DNA of 64,000 bases. Source: Patescibacteria group bacterium. GTDB taxonomy: Bacteria > Patescibacteriota > Patescibacteriia > CAIXNZ01. The stretch spans positions 64,568-128,567 of the forward strand of contig JAQTMG010000001.1 of assembly GCA_028714455.1 (NCBI GenBank). Direction: 5' to 3'. Below are positions 18,509 to 28,378 of this stretch, in pieces; the stretch's first letter is position 1; the number at the start of each line of letters is the position of its first letter. A program made the translations under genes and the position numbers. The notes under the pieces were generated by a model. That model did no database searches. It had not been told where the DNA came from and was given only the letters and a program-made list of their open reading frames with translations.

Positions 18509-18850
18509 TTAGACCGCGGGTGTTGGAGCGGGCTGGGCCTCGGGTTTTGCCGCAGAATTAGCTTTTATCTTTTCCTGGCGCTTGCGAGATATTCTTGAGG
18601 CTTTTTTCTTTTTCCCCTCGACAATTCCTTTAGAAACTAACAAATTCCAAACCGTGCCGCTTGTCTGGGCGCCTTTAGAAAGCCAGTATTTTATTCTATC
18701 CGCGTCAAAATTAAGCTCTTTTGAGCGTGGATTATAGGTTCCCAGATTTTCAAGATATGAACCCCAGGGATCTTTGGTTTTTTCACAAACAATTAAGCGA
18801 AAAGTTGGTAATTTGGTCTTGCCCACTCTAGCTAACTTCAAACAAAGCAT
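18509..18850 (-). CDS. rpsP: 30S ribosomal protein S16 with a basic/Ala-Pro C-terminal tail
   Basis: MLCLKLARVGKTKLPTFRLIV.....R.G...E.LG.YNP matches S16. Confidence 0.9.
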   Translation of the reverse strand: MLCLKLARVGKTKLPTFRLIVCEKTKDPWGSYLENLGTYNPRSKELNFDADRIKYWLSKGAQTSGTVWNLLVSKGIVEGKKKKASRISRKRQEKIKANSAAKPEAQPAPTPAV

Positions 18851-18990
18851 AATGAAAATTACTTAATATTTTTGTTTAGTAATATTATATTATAACATCC
18901 CGGCTCATTCGTCAATAGCTTTGTGTAAGGTAAGCCAAAAAACCATTGACATTTTTACTTTTTTATGATATAGTTTGGTATACTAAAAAT

Positions 18991-21057
18991 ATGAGAAAAA
19001 AAAGAAAAATTAATAAAATATTCTTGTCATTTTTTGCCTTTTTCCTAATAATTGCGCAATTTTTTTATTTTTGCGGCGAGGCAAGCGCCAAAGACACGGG
19101 CTATCCAAAATTGGCCAATTATTTCTTGGCCTGGGACGTCTATTTAGACGCCGACATCACCAATTTGGCTAGATGGGACCTGGTGATCTTAAGTCCCCAA
19201 TCAGTCGAAAGAAATCCCCAGCTAATTTCCAAGCTGAAGCAGAAAAACCCCAGTCTGAAAATATTGGCCTATGTTCCGATACAAGAGATAACTCACTCAA
19301 GCGATCTACTCGGCCAAACAAGTTTCTGGACGGAAATTTTCCAAAACGTAGACAAAAACGGCTGGTGGCTGGAAAATGCCGACGGCAGCCACGTCAACTT
19401 CTGGCCAGGCAACTGGTTTATAAACGCCTCGTCCATGGCGCCAAAAACAAACGGCACCAGCTGGCTCGACTATCTGCCTAATCTGGTCAATAAAAAATTT
19501 CTAAAAAATAATTTGTGGGACGGAGTTTTTTACGACAACGTCTGGTACGGCATCTCGTGGCTCAACCAACCCGTTGATCTAAACGGCGATGGCATCGCCG
19601 AGGATTCGCAGACGGTTGATAAATCATGGCAGACGGGCCTTAGCCAGATTTTAACAACCACCCGAAGCTTGGCGCCGAACAAAATTATCATGGCCAACAC
19701 CAATACTAATTTTTATAATAGTCTGCTTAACGGCCGAATGCTGGAAAATTTTCCGGCGCCAAGCGAAGGCGGCTGGAGAGGCTCGATGAATGATTATCTC
19801 GCCTCAAGCTTCCCGTATTCGCCCTCTGGTTTTATCGTCAACGGCACCACCAACAACTCGGGCGATCAGACGGACTATCAGCCATTTCGTTTTGGATTAA
19901 CCTCCGCTCTGATGGGCAATGGGTATTACACTTTTGATTTCGGCGACCAGGGTCACGATAGAATCTGGTGGTACGACGAATACAATTTTTATCTGGGCGA
20001 CTCCAAGTCAAGCCTAAAAAATCTTCTCGACCCAAATTCCAAAGACACCAAACCCAGTGTCTACCAGAGAGAATTTCAAAACGCTCTTGTCCTGGTTAAT
20101 TCCACCAACACCGATCAGAAAATAAATTTTGACGTTGAATACGAAAAAATTAAAGGAGCCCAGGATCCCGCCGTCAATAACGGCAGCGTCATCAAAAATA
20201 TTGAATTGGCGGCCAACGACGGCGTTGTCTTGCTGCGCCGAATCGAGGAGATAACCAACGACGCGTTTTATAATGGCTCTTTCATCCGCGTATTTAATAC
20301 CAACGGCGATTCTCTAAGAAATGGGTTTTTCCTTTATGAAAGTCAATTTCGCGGCAATAATGAAATAGAAAACAGCGACGTCAACGAGGATGGACAAAAT
20401 GAAACGATCGTGGCGGACGAAAGCAAAATCACCATCTACGATAAGGACCAAAACGTGGTTGCTTCTTTCTACCCTTATGGTACAAAATATAATAAGGGAA
20501 TAAATTTTGTCTTATCCGACATAAACGGCGATGACGATCTGGAAGTCATAACCGGTACGCTCCGAGGTTACGCGCCGCAAGTCAAGATTTTTTCTTACAC
20601 CGGCAAAGTTATCAATTCCGGTTTTTACGCTTACTCTAAAAATTTCCAAGGCGGCGTGAACGTGGCTGTCTGTGATTTAAACGGCAATGGCCAGAAAACC
20701 ATAGTGACTGGCGCCGGCTATAACGGCGGCTCGCTCGTTAAAACTTTTAACGCTAGCGGCAACTCTACCTCAAAAGGATTCTATGCGTACGCCAAGACGT
20801 TCATCGGCGGCGCCTATGTTGCCTGCGGCGACGTTAACGGGGATAATAAAGACGAGATCGTGACTGGCGCCGGGCAGGGAGGCAGCCCCCAAGTCCGTAT
20901 CTTTAATAATAAATTCCAGGCGATCGGCAAAAGCTTTTGGCCGTTTGAAAAGTCAGCCAGAAACGGTGTCCGCGTGATTGCCAATGATCTTGACGGCAAC
21001 GGCCAAGCGGAAATTCTGGCCGCCACTCCCTACACCTTTACCACCTCTCTGAAATAA
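18991..21057 (+). CDS. secreted protein: glycoside-hydrolase-like TIM-barrel N-domain plus C-terminal FG-GAP/VCBS beta-propeller repeats
   Basis: Signal/TM at MRKKRKINKIFLSFFAFFLIIA. Repeated DxNGDGxxE/D..VTG.G motifs near the C-terminus. Promoter TTGACA-17-TATAGT at about 18940-18975. Confidence 0.65.
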   Translation: MRKKRKINKIFLSFFAFFLIIAQFFYFCGEASAKDTGYPKLANYFLAWDVYLDADITNLARWDLVILSPQSVERNPQLISKLKQKNPSLKILAYVPIQEITHSSDLLGQTSFWTEIFQNVDKNGWWLENADGSHVNFWPGNWFINASSMAPKTNGTSWLDYLPNLVNKKFLKNNLWDGVFYDNVWYGISWLNQPVDLNGDGIAEDSQTVDKSWQTGLSQILTTTRSLAPNKIIMANTNTNFYNSLLNGRMLENFPAPSEGGWRGSMNDYLASSFPYSPSGFIVNGTTNNSGDQTDYQPFRFGLTSALMGNGYYTFDFGDQGHDRIWWYDEYNFYLGDSKSSLKNLLDPNSKDTKPSVYQREFQNALVLVNSTNTDQKINFDVEYEKIKGAQDPAVNNGSVIKNIELAANDGVVLLRRIEEITNDAFYNGSFIRVFNTNGDSLRNGFFLYESQFRGNNEIENSDVNEDGQNETIVADESKITIYDKDQNVVASFYPYGTKYNKGINFVLSDINGDDDLEVITGTLRGYAPQVKIFSYTGKVINSGFYAYSKNFQGGVNVAVCDLNGNGQKTIVTGAGYNGGSLVKTFNASGNSTSKGFYAYAKTFIGGAYVACGDVNGDNKDEIVTGAGQGGSPQVRIFNNKFQAIGKSFWPFEKSARNGVRVIANDLDGNGQAEILAATPYTFTTSLK

Positions 21058-21066
21058 TTTTTTCAC

Positions 21067-22878
21067 ATGGAAAAAGAAAAAAAAGAAATCATCGCGGTGA
21101 ACCCAAAACCGATTACAGAAAAAACCGAGCAAACCAAGCCCGGGGGTGTTACCATTAAAAAAGTCGGCAATCTTACTTTCAACATATTTACTGACAAAAT
21201 CAGAAAGCGTTACCAAAAACATTACCTGTCAGACAAAACGCACCTAATCATAGATGGCATTTTTGCCTTGATCATTATCCTACTGCTCGGCTCACTGGTT
21301 AACCTCTGGCTTTTTAGCAGAACAAAACTCATTAATTTGATGGATTTTAAAGTCAGCTCCGTGCCCGAGATTCTGATCAACGGCCAGAACGCGCAATTTC
21401 AAATTAATTTTACCAACACGACCGGTGATGAACTGAAAGAGGCGGTGCTTATTTTAAAACTGCCTGATAGCCTAAAAAATCCGCAATTCGATTCTGCTAA
21501 CTTTGATTTAAAGACGCACTCGCTGAAAATCGGCGACATAAGTGGACACGGCAGCGGAGAGCTTAAAGTCAGCGGCTTGCTGCTCGGCAATCTCGGCTCG
21601 AAACAAGAATTTCTGGCGGTGATTAATTACAAAAATAAGTACGGCCAAGATCGGCAGGAATTTTTTAGCCAGACTCTTTGGCTCACGCAATCGGTTATAG
21701 AGACAAAAATCACTCTGCCCGCTAAAATCACGGCCACCTCTCCTTTTGAAGGCGATATCTTTGTGAAAAATAACGCCGATTCAAATTTTAAAGATTTCAA
21801 GCTTAAGCTAATCGGTCCGACCGGGTTCAGATTAATCAAGCCGGATCTCAACGACCAAAGCGATTTAAGCTGGGCCATTAATCCGACCACGCAAGGTGAA
21901 AATTTTAAATTCAATGGAAAAACATACGCCGAGAAACCACAACCCCTGAATCTGCGCGATGAAATCTACGCCACTTACCAGGGCCAAGAGTATTTGCTGG
22001 CCGAGGGTACGGCTTCTGCGCCGGTAGAATTTTCGAAATTTATTTTGGATTTTTCCAACCCGGAAAAAAATGCGTTTGCCAAACCCGGCGATACCATAAC
22101 CTATAACGTGCACTACAAAAACACTGAAAATTTTACGCTCAATAACGTCGTGCTTGGTCTAGAACTTAGTGGCGACTATGCTGATTCTACCAGTCTCAAA
22201 AATAAATCCGTTGGTTCCATCGCGCCCGGTCAAGAAGGTATGCTGGAAATTTCAACCGGCCTTAAGCCCACCATAAACTTCAGCACATTTAACGAGTCTG
22301 GTTACAACATAGAAGCCAGAATCGTCGCCAGTTTTGATCAGGAGGGTGCGGCCACTTCTTTAGAAAGCCTGCCCCTGGTTACAAAATTGAGTTCGAGATT
22401 AAGCCTGGACACGGACACATTATTCTTTACTTCAGAGGGAGACCAGATCGGAGTCGGCTCGGTACCGCCCAAAGTCGGCGAGTACACTTCCTACTGGGCG
22501 GTCATCAAAGTTACGAATACCAATAATAAAGTTCAAAACGTCAAGGTGTTCGCCCAGATTCCCGACGGCGTCGAATTCACGAAAATCTATAACGTGACCG
22601 CCGGCAACCAAATCATCTATAACAAAGAAACTAACCAGCTTGAGTGGCAGATTGAGGAAATACCCGCTCTGGCAGGCCTTTATAATCCAGCGCCAGAAGC
22701 GAGAATCCAACTGGCCATCACGCCCACCAGCGACCAAGTCGGCACCAGCCCGCTTTTGCTCTCCAACATCTCTGCCAGCGGCACAGATGAAGTAACCGGC
22801 TATTTGTTAACCGCGGTCGGCGCCAGCGTCAGCACAATAATTTCCAGCGATCCAACTCTAAACGAAGTGATCCAATAA
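21067..22878 (+). CDS. membrane-anchored surface protein with repeated beta-sandwich (DUF11-like) domains
   Basis: Single N-terminal TM (IIDGIFALIIILLLGSLVNLWLF) and a long Thr/Asn-rich ectodomain. Lies 10 bp after the previous gene. Confidence 0.55.
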   Translation: MEKEKKEIIAVNPKPITEKTEQTKPGGVTIKKVGNLTFNIFTDKIRKRYQKHYLSDKTHLIIDGIFALIIILLLGSLVNLWLFSRTKLINLMDFKVSSVPEILINGQNAQFQINFTNTTGDELKEAVLILKLPDSLKNPQFDSANFDLKTHSLKIGDISGHGSGELKVSGLLLGNLGSKQEFLAVINYKNKYGQDRQEFFSQTLWLTQSVIETKITLPAKITATSPFEGDIFVKNNADSNFKDFKLKLIGPTGFRLIKPDLNDQSDLSWAINPTTQGENFKFNGKTYAEKPQPLNLRDEIYATYQGQEYLLAEGTASAPVEFSKFILDFSNPEKNAFAKPGDTITYNVHYKNTENFTLNNVVLGLELSGDYADSTSLKNKSVGSIAPGQEGMLEISTGLKPTINFSTFNESGYNIEARIVASFDQEGAATSLESLPLVTKLSSRLSLDTDTLFFTSEGDQIGVGSVPPKVGEYTSYWAVIKVTNTNNKVQNVKVFAQIPDGVEFTKIYNVTAGNQIIYNKETNQLEWQIEEIPALAGLYNPAPEARIQLAITPTSDQVGTSPLLLSNISASGTDEVTGYLLTAVGASVSTIISSDPTLNEVIQ

Positions 22879-22884
22879 AATAAA

Positions 22885-22915
22885 AACTGGGCGTTCGCCT
22901 GGTTTTTTATTTGTT
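22885..22915 (+). terminator. intrinsic terminator
   Basis: CTGGGCG-ttc-GCCTGG followed by TTTTTTATTT. Confidence 0.45.
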
Positions 22916-23162
22916 CGCCATTGACTTAAAATAAAAAATCGCCTAGAATATCTATATTATTCGTATATTCGCCTGCCGGCCGGCAGGCAGGTAAAAAATT
23001 CGTAATTCGTAAATAATGAAAAATTATTCACAAAAAACTAATAAAAAAATGACGCGCTTTCGCACGCCCAGCACCTTTCGCGCCAATTTCAAACTCGTCA
23101 AAAGGCAAAAAATTCAAAATCCCTAATTCATAATTCTTAATTCATATTTCATAATTCAAATT

Positions 23163-24485
23163 ATGCAGTACAAATACGAAATCAAAAAATTGCCTAAAAG
23201 TCAGCTCGAGATCAAGGTAACAATTCCGGCCAAAGAGCTGGAACCATTTTTTAATAAAGCCGTAGAAACTCTTTCGGCCCAAACCAAAATCGACGGTTTT
23301 AGACCAGGCAAGGTGCCGCTGGAGATGTTGAAAAAAAAAGTGGGTGAGATGAAAATCTACGAAGAAGCAGCCGCGCTGGCCACGGAAAAATCATATGTTG
23401 AAATCGCTGCCAAGGAAAAATTTGAGCCGCTTGGCTCACCCAAAGTTGATTTTGAAAAGCTGGCGCCTGATAATGATTTTGTCTACAAGGCAGTCGTTGA
23501 TTTGATGCCAGAGATAAAGGTAGGCGATCTAAAATCAATTAAGGTTAAAAAAAAAGAAATTAATATCACTGATAAAGAAGTAGATAAGGTAATTAATGAT
23601 TTAAGAAAAATGCGCGCCACTGAAGTTTTGGAAAATAAAAAAGCCGAAGTCGGCGATAAAGTTGAAATCGACTTTGATATTTTACGCGACAATGTACCGA
23701 TTGAAAACGGCGCCCAGAAAAAATATCCGGTCATGATCGGCGAAAACCAATTTATCCCAGGCTTTGAAGAAAATCTAATCGGCTTGGAAGCGAACGGGGA
23801 AAAAGAATTTGAATTAAAGTTTCCAGAAAAATATCATAACAAAAATCTGGCCGGCCAAGTAGCGAAGTTCAAAGTTAAAATGCTAGCCGTCTATAAAAGA
23901 AATATCCCCGAACTTAATGATAAATTTGCCGAGACCTTGGGCATGAAAACCGTGGCTGATTTGAAAAAACAAATTGAGCATAATCTGGAGCACGAAGAGC
24001 ATCACAAAGAAGAGGAAAGAGTTGAGACAGAACTTTTAGACAAACTGATTGATAAGTCGCAAGTCGGCGATATACCCGACGTTCTAGTTGACGGGGAAGC
24101 CGCTAAGATGGTTCAAGAATTGCAAAGTAATGTGGCCACACAGGGATTAAAATTCGAAGACTACTTAAAGCACCTAAATAAAACTCCGGAGCAGTTGAAG
24201 CTCGATTTCGTGCCACAGGCCATCCGGAGAATAAAAGCGGCGCTAATCACTCGCGCCATATTCTTCAGAGAAAAACTGGAAATATCAGAAAGCGATCTTG
24301 AACGCGAGATCGAAGCTATGAGTCGTTATTACCAAAATAATCCTGAAATAATTAAGAGCTTAAAAACCCCAGAATATCGCGATTACATTAGAAACATCAT
24401 TGGCAACCGCAAGGTCATGGATTATCTCAAAGCGCTGTGTGTGGAAAGGCCAGAAAAGAACGGCAAAATTGAACATAATCACTAA
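23163..24485 (+). CDS. tig: trigger factor
   Basis: Full-length trigger-factor architecture (N-terminal ribosome-binding domain, PPIase, C-terminal domain). Confidence 0.9.
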   Translation: MQYKYEIKKLPKSQLEIKVTIPAKELEPFFNKAVETLSAQTKIDGFRPGKVPLEMLKKKVGEMKIYEEAAALATEKSYVEIAAKEKFEPLGSPKVDFEKLAPDNDFVYKAVVDLMPEIKVGDLKSIKVKKKEINITDKEVDKVINDLRKMRATEVLENKKAEVGDKVEIDFDILRDNVPIENGAQKKYPVMIGENQFIPGFEENLIGLEANGEKEFELKFPEKYHNKNLAGQVAKFKVKMLAVYKRNIPELNDKFAETLGMKTVADLKKQIEHNLEHEEHHKEEERVETELLDKLIDKSQVGDIPDVLVDGEAAKMVQELQSNVATQGLKFEDYLKHLNKTPEQLKLDFVPQAIRRIKAALITRAIFFREKLEISESDLEREIEAMSRYYQNNPEIIKSLKTPEYRDYIRNIIGNRKVMDYLKALCVERPEKNGKIEHNH

Positions 24486-24651
24486 TCTTAGCAAAAAAAA
24501 TCCCGTCAACGCGGAATTTAGTTGCCACTATCTATTGACAAAATTAAAAAAATATGCTATTATATTATTATTAGAATAACGATTCTTTAAAAATAAAGGT
24601 TCTATCGGTCGGATATATACACGCTCAAAAAACCCAAAAAGGAGGGTAAAA

Positions 24652-25056
24652 ATGTCAAAGGTGAAAGAGGTACTTAAGAAGCTTAAGGACTTCGAGAATG
24701 CGGCGGCCTGTGTGGTGATCATCTTGGCGTTAGTCTGCTTCGGGGCGATCCTGCATACCAAGCTGTCGAACCAGCCGAGCCAAGAGCTTTCCGAAATCCC
24801 CCTCGTCACGCGACCCATTTCGGAAAAAATGGGGTTAGTCGAGGGCAGACCGCAATCACTGGACAATCACACGCTACTCTATGTTGTCAGGGTCATGCTG
24901 GATGATGGCAGCATGGTACCGGCACTGGTGGTCAACCCGTACGACCCCCAAAACCCGAAAGTGTTTTCTGGACAAAAAATCAAAGTCAGGTGCAAGTCGT
25001 ATGGCTATGGAGAAAACCATCTGGCTCATGAAACGTGCTTGATCATACAATACTGA
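24652..25056 (+). CDS. membrane-anchored hypothetical protein (cassette-like unit, elevated GC)
   Basis: TTGACA-17-TATTAT promoter at 24535-24563. AAAAAGGAGGGTAAAAATG SD. Confidence 0.5.
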   Translation: MSKVKEVLKKLKDFENAAACVVIILALVCFGAILHTKLSNQPSQELSEIPLVTRPISEKMGLVEGRPQSLDNHTLLYVVRVMLDDGSMVPALVVNPYDPQNPKVFSGQKIKVRCKSYGYGENHLAHETCLIIQY

Positions 25057-25134
25057 ACCTAAATATAACAACAAACCGCCAACAGCAATGCTGGCGGTTT
25101 TTTCTTTTTCAAAAAATAAATGCTAAACTTAAGT

Positions 25135-25185
25135 TAGTTAATTAGTTAATTAGTTTATTAGTTAATTAGTTTATTGGTTATTAGT
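25135..25185. repeat. AT-rich tandem octamer repeat (TTAATTAG/TTTATTAG, about 6 units)
   Basis: gttaattagttaattagtttattagttaattagtttattggttattag. Confidence 0.5.
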
Positions 25186-25192
25186 ATTTTTT

Positions 25193-25696
25193 ATGAAAAT
25201 TGCAATCATATCCGACTCCCACGACAATTGGCCAGACATTGAAAAAGCCATCAAATATATAAATAAATTAAAAATCCGCACCATTATTCACTGCGGTGAT
25301 GTTTGCGCCCCGGCGGTTTTGGCGGCCATGGCGAAAATATTTAAGGGAGATGAATTACATTTGGTAAAAGGCAATGTCGATGGCGACATCGAAGGATTCA
25401 AAAGAAAAATTAAAGAAAACTCGAAAATTATTTATCATGGCAATACTGGCAAATTGGAAATTGATGGACTAAAAATAGTTTTTTGTCATGATCCCTTTGT
25501 GGCCAAAAAAATGGCTGACTCACAAAGATATGATTTTGTTTTTTACGGTCACACGCACAGACCTTGGCACGAAAAAATTGGCAAAACAGAAATGCTAAAC
25601 CCCGGTACGTTGGCTGGTTTGTTTTATAAAGCGACTTTCGCTATCTTTGACACTGAAACAAGAAAAGCCAAACTGATACTTTTGGAAAAAATTTAA
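25193..25696 (+). CDS. metallophosphoesterase (YfcE/MJ0936-like phosphodiesterase)
   Basis: DSHDN..GD...H.GN.D..GHTH motif series. Confidence 0.8.
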   Translation: MKIAIISDSHDNWPDIEKAIKYINKLKIRTIIHCGDVCAPAVLAAMAKIFKGDELHLVKGNVDGDIEGFKRKIKENSKIIYHGNTGKLEIDGLKIVFCHDPFVAKKMADSQRYDFVFYGHTHRPWHEKIGKTEMLNPGTLAGLFYKATFAIFDTETRKAKLILLEKI

Positions 25697-25703
25697 AAAG
25701 AAA

Positions 25704-25740
25704 AAGAGGACGCAGCGGCGTCCTCTTATAATTTTATTAC
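25704..25740 (+). terminator. intrinsic terminator
   Basis: GAGGACGC-agcg-GCGTCCTC hairpin followed by a T-rich run. Confidence 0.55.
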
Positions 25741-26104
25741 CGTGATCATCTTTCGCAGATGCTGAATCGAGATTACTCGCTTTGAGCCAGTGTGCGGCTC
25801 CGGAAATCTTCTCCTTAGGCGAATATTCGATTGCTCCGTAAAACATGACCGCAGTAATCGCGTAAGGTATTATTGCCTCGTTTCTTCAGATCTTAAAGAA
25901 GAAACTTTAATCTGGCAACGGCCCAATCTGTGGCGTTTAGATCAGGCACAACCTTACCATAATTATATTATACTAAATAAAATTTAACCGTCAAGCCATT
26001 ATCCACAAGTCTGGCCCAAACTCACGCGTGTATTTTTAGATTAAAGCTTTATTCTCTAAATCTGGTATAATATAAGTGGAAATTAAATCTTCTTAGCAAA
26101 AAAT

Positions 26105-26557
26105 ATGAATGACACACTATTAATCACTCTGCAATTACTTCTCGCCATTTTTCTGGGCGGCCTAATCGGCGTGGAAAGAGAAACCCTGGGCAAACCGGCC
26201 GGTTCCAGAACCTATGCCCTGATCGCGCTCGGTTCAGCGCTCTTTACGATTCTATCGGTCAAGGGTTTCTGCCAATACCCGAACGCCGTGCCAACCGCGC
26301 TGGTCAGCCAGATTATTATTGGCATTGGTTTTATCGGCGCCGGCTTAATAATTTTCCATCGACAGCACATCGAGGGGATAACTACGGCTTCCGGCCTCTG
26401 GGCCACGGCCGCCGTAGGTATCGCCATCGGTATCGGCTGGTACTATGTGGCCATTATCACCTCGGTCATGATTTTCCTTTTACTCTACATCGTCAGAAAG
26501 GTTGAATTCGAAAGGCACAAGAAAAAAACTCTCTGGTCGCTTTTTGAAAAAAAGTAA
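26105..26557 (+). CDS. MgtC/SapB-family membrane protein
   Basis: ..LLLAIFLGGLIGVERE...K.AG.RT..LIALGSALFT.. The MgtC signature is present, with 4-5 TM helices. Confidence 0.8.
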   Translation: MNDTLLITLQLLLAIFLGGLIGVERETLGKPAGSRTYALIALGSALFTILSVKGFCQYPNAVPTALVSQIIIGIGFIGAGLIIFHRQHIEGITTASGLWATAAVGIAIGIGWYYVAIITSVMIFLLLYIVRKVEFERHKKKTLWSLFEKK

Positions 26558-26561
26558 AAGC

Positions 26562-27179
26562 ATGGCCATTATTTTAAAAATCAATTTTGAAAAACCCGAG
26601 CGTGAAAAAATCGGAAAAGTCGTTGAGGTGTTGAAAGCCGGCGGTATTATAGTTTATCCGACTGACACGATTTACGGACTCGGCTGCGACATCTTCAAAA
26701 AGCAAGCCGTTGAAAAAATTTACCAGCTCAAGGGTCGAGCACGTAAAAAACCATTGAGTATCATCTTCGCCGATATCAAAGAAGTAGCCAAATACTGTAT
26801 CATCCAGGATTACGCCTATCGGCTGATGAACAAGGTTCTGCCCGGACCCTACACATTTATTCTCAAGGCGCGCAATGCCATGCCCAAAACGTTTTTGCCG
26901 AAAAATAGAACCGTGGGTGTGCGCATACCCAACAATCAAATCTGTCTGGAGATTGTCAAAGCCTTGGGCAACCCGATTATCACCACCAGTTTAAATATAT
27001 CAGGCGAAGATGTCATGTCCGATCCCAAACAGCTCTCCAAAGAAATGAGCAACAAGATTGAAATAATTATTGACAACGGCCCGCTGGCGCTTGAGCCATC
27101 GTCCGTGATTGATTTAAGCGGCGACAAACCAGAGGTGCTGCGCCGAGGCTTAGGCGAGCTAAATCTTTTCCAATATTAA
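26562..27179 (+). CDS. tsaC: L-threonylcarbamoyladenylate synthase (TsaC/YrdC/Sua5 family)
   Basis: ..GGIIVYPTDTIYGLGCD...KIY..KGR...PL...F.. The ORF opens upstream, but the likely start is MAIILKI at 26562. Confidence 0.85.
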   Translation: MAIILKINFEKPEREKIGKVVEVLKAGGIIVYPTDTIYGLGCDIFKKQAVEKIYQLKGRARKKPLSIIFADIKEVAKYCIIQDYAYRLMNKVLPGPYTFILKARNAMPKTFLPKNRTVGVRIPNNQICLEIVKALGNPIITTSLNISGEDVMSDPKQLSKEMSNKIEIIIDNGPLALEPSSVIDLSGDKPEVLRRGLGELNLFQY

Positions 27180-27180
27180 T

Positions 27181-27459
27181 ATGAAAAAAACCATAACCAT
27201 TATAATCATCTTTTTAATAATCGCGGCTGGCGTGGCTCTGTCGTTTTCTTATTTTTTTAATCCCCAAAAAGTTGTGACCCAGAGATTTAGTGAATGCGTC
27301 CTACTCCAGGACACAAAAAACGGCACGGTCGGCTGTTTCGGCTGCGCTAACGAGATTTGCAAAGACGCGCCCGAAGGCTGGGTTTTGTATAAAAAGCCGC
27401 AGGTGGGCATTCCTTACGCCTGCAACCCGACACCAGACGGCTGCGTACTTGTCCAATAA
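27181..27459 (+). CDS. small membrane-anchored Cys-containing hypothetical protein
   Basis: N-terminal TM, six Cys residues, 92 aa. Confidence 0.45.
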   Translation: MKKTITIIIIFLIIAAGVALSFSYFFNPQKVVTQRFSECVLLQDTKNGTVGCFGCANEICKDAPEGWVLYKKPQVGIPYACNPTPDGCVLVQ

Positions 27460-27460
27460 A

Positions 27461-27691
27461 ATGTCTGATAAAATTTTAAACATAAAAGTAATCCCCAACG
27501 CCAAGGTCAATAAAATTTCGGCCGAAGATGGCGTTTTTAAAATAAAGATTTGTGCGCCGGCTCATGAAGGCAAAGCCAACAAGGCGCTCATTAAATTTCT
27601 AAGCGAACACTTCGGCGTCCCTAAAAGCAAAATTAAGATCATCTCCGGTGAAAAAGCCAGGGATAAAAAAGTGAGACTAGCTGGATCTTGA
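27461..27691 (+). CDS. DUF167 (YggU-like) family protein
   Basis: MSDKILNIKV.PNAK.NKI...DGVFKIKI.APA.EGKANKALIKFLSEHFGVPKSKI.I.SG..R.K.V. Confidence 0.7.
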   Translation: MSDKILNIKVIPNAKVNKISAEDGVFKIKICAPAHEGKANKALIKFLSEHFGVPKSKIKIISGEKARDKKVRLAGS

Positions 27692-27813
27692 CAAAAAAAT
27701 AAAATAATAATAATCTAAGTGTATCTTTTGGGAAAAGGTATTTTATGGTGAGCCGGGGATACTAAACATGGATCTTTCAAAAAAGTCCTCAAAATGAGGC
27801 GGGGAGGAGCAAG

Positions 27814-28218
27814 ATGAAGAGATTGTTTGTGTTTTTGATCATGATCCTGGCGCTGACGATGCTAATGCCCACGAAGAGCAAGGCGTTCAATGACGAGAAC
27901 ACGGGCCAGCAGACCATCGCGATGACGACTTCCGGCGACCTGTCCAGCTCCCTCGCAGTGGCGGGCATGGACCAAGCCAACTTCCAGAACACGGATATTA
28001 TCCTGGGAGATCCCACGGATATCGCGAACTTGCCGGACGCGAAGATTCTGATGACGAAGACGGAGAAAAGCGTGTTCGAGCAAACGGTCGAGACGACCAG
28101 TTACAAGACCTTCGGTCTCAACACCGGCCAAATGATTATCGTGGCCCAAAATCATGACCAGCAGACCCGCCAATACGCGGAAGAAACCTGGACAAGCTGC
28201 GGCAACCACTCGCCCTAA
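27814..28218 (+). CDS. secreted hypothetical protein (cassette-like unit, elevated GC)
   Basis: Signal peptide. Promoter TTGACA-17-TAATCT at 27688-27716. GGGGAGGAGC SD. Terminator at 28240-28272. Confidence 0.55.
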   Translation: MKRLFVFLIMILALTMLMPTKSKAFNDENTGQQTIAMTTSGDLSSSLAVAGMDQANFQNTDIILGDPTDIANLPDAKILMTKTEKSVFEQTVETTSYKTFGLNTGQMIIVAQNHDQQTRQYAEETWTSCGNHSP

Positions 28219-28239
28219 TCTTACTACCAACAAAAACAT

Positions 28240-28272
28240 CGAGGCGGCTCGCCAAGAGCCGCCTCTTTTTTA
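28240..28272 (+). terminator. intrinsic terminator
   Basis: GAGGCGGCTC-gccaa-GAGCCGCCTC followed by TTTTTTATT. Confidence 0.6.
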
Positions 28273-28378
28273 TTGACAAATTCCTTATTAAATAATAAGA
28301 TGCCGAGTACTTGATGTTTAAAAAAATAAAAAACGTTAAATTTCGAGCGTCTCGAAAAAACGAGACAAGGGAGGTAAC

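Noticed and set aside
21399-22737. Several 60-100 aa minus-strand ORFs within the 603-aa surface-protein gene
   Set aside because: They are antisense frames. The plus-strand ORF is continuous, and a membrane anchor plus repeat domains are discernible.
25790-25987. 65-aa ORF in the long spacer upstream of mgtC
   Set aside because: It has no RBS or promoter logic and a low-complexity product. It is retained only as part of the non-coding-spacer finding.
27862-28239. Minus-strand 125-aa ORF opposite the secreted-protein gene, and ORFs 50136-50753(-) and 50335-50796(+) opposite the lipoprotein gene
   Set aside because: These are antisense artefacts in GC-rich cassette genes (Arg/Gly/Leu-rich, no RBS, no signal logic). 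The plus-strand genes have promoters, SD sites and terminators.
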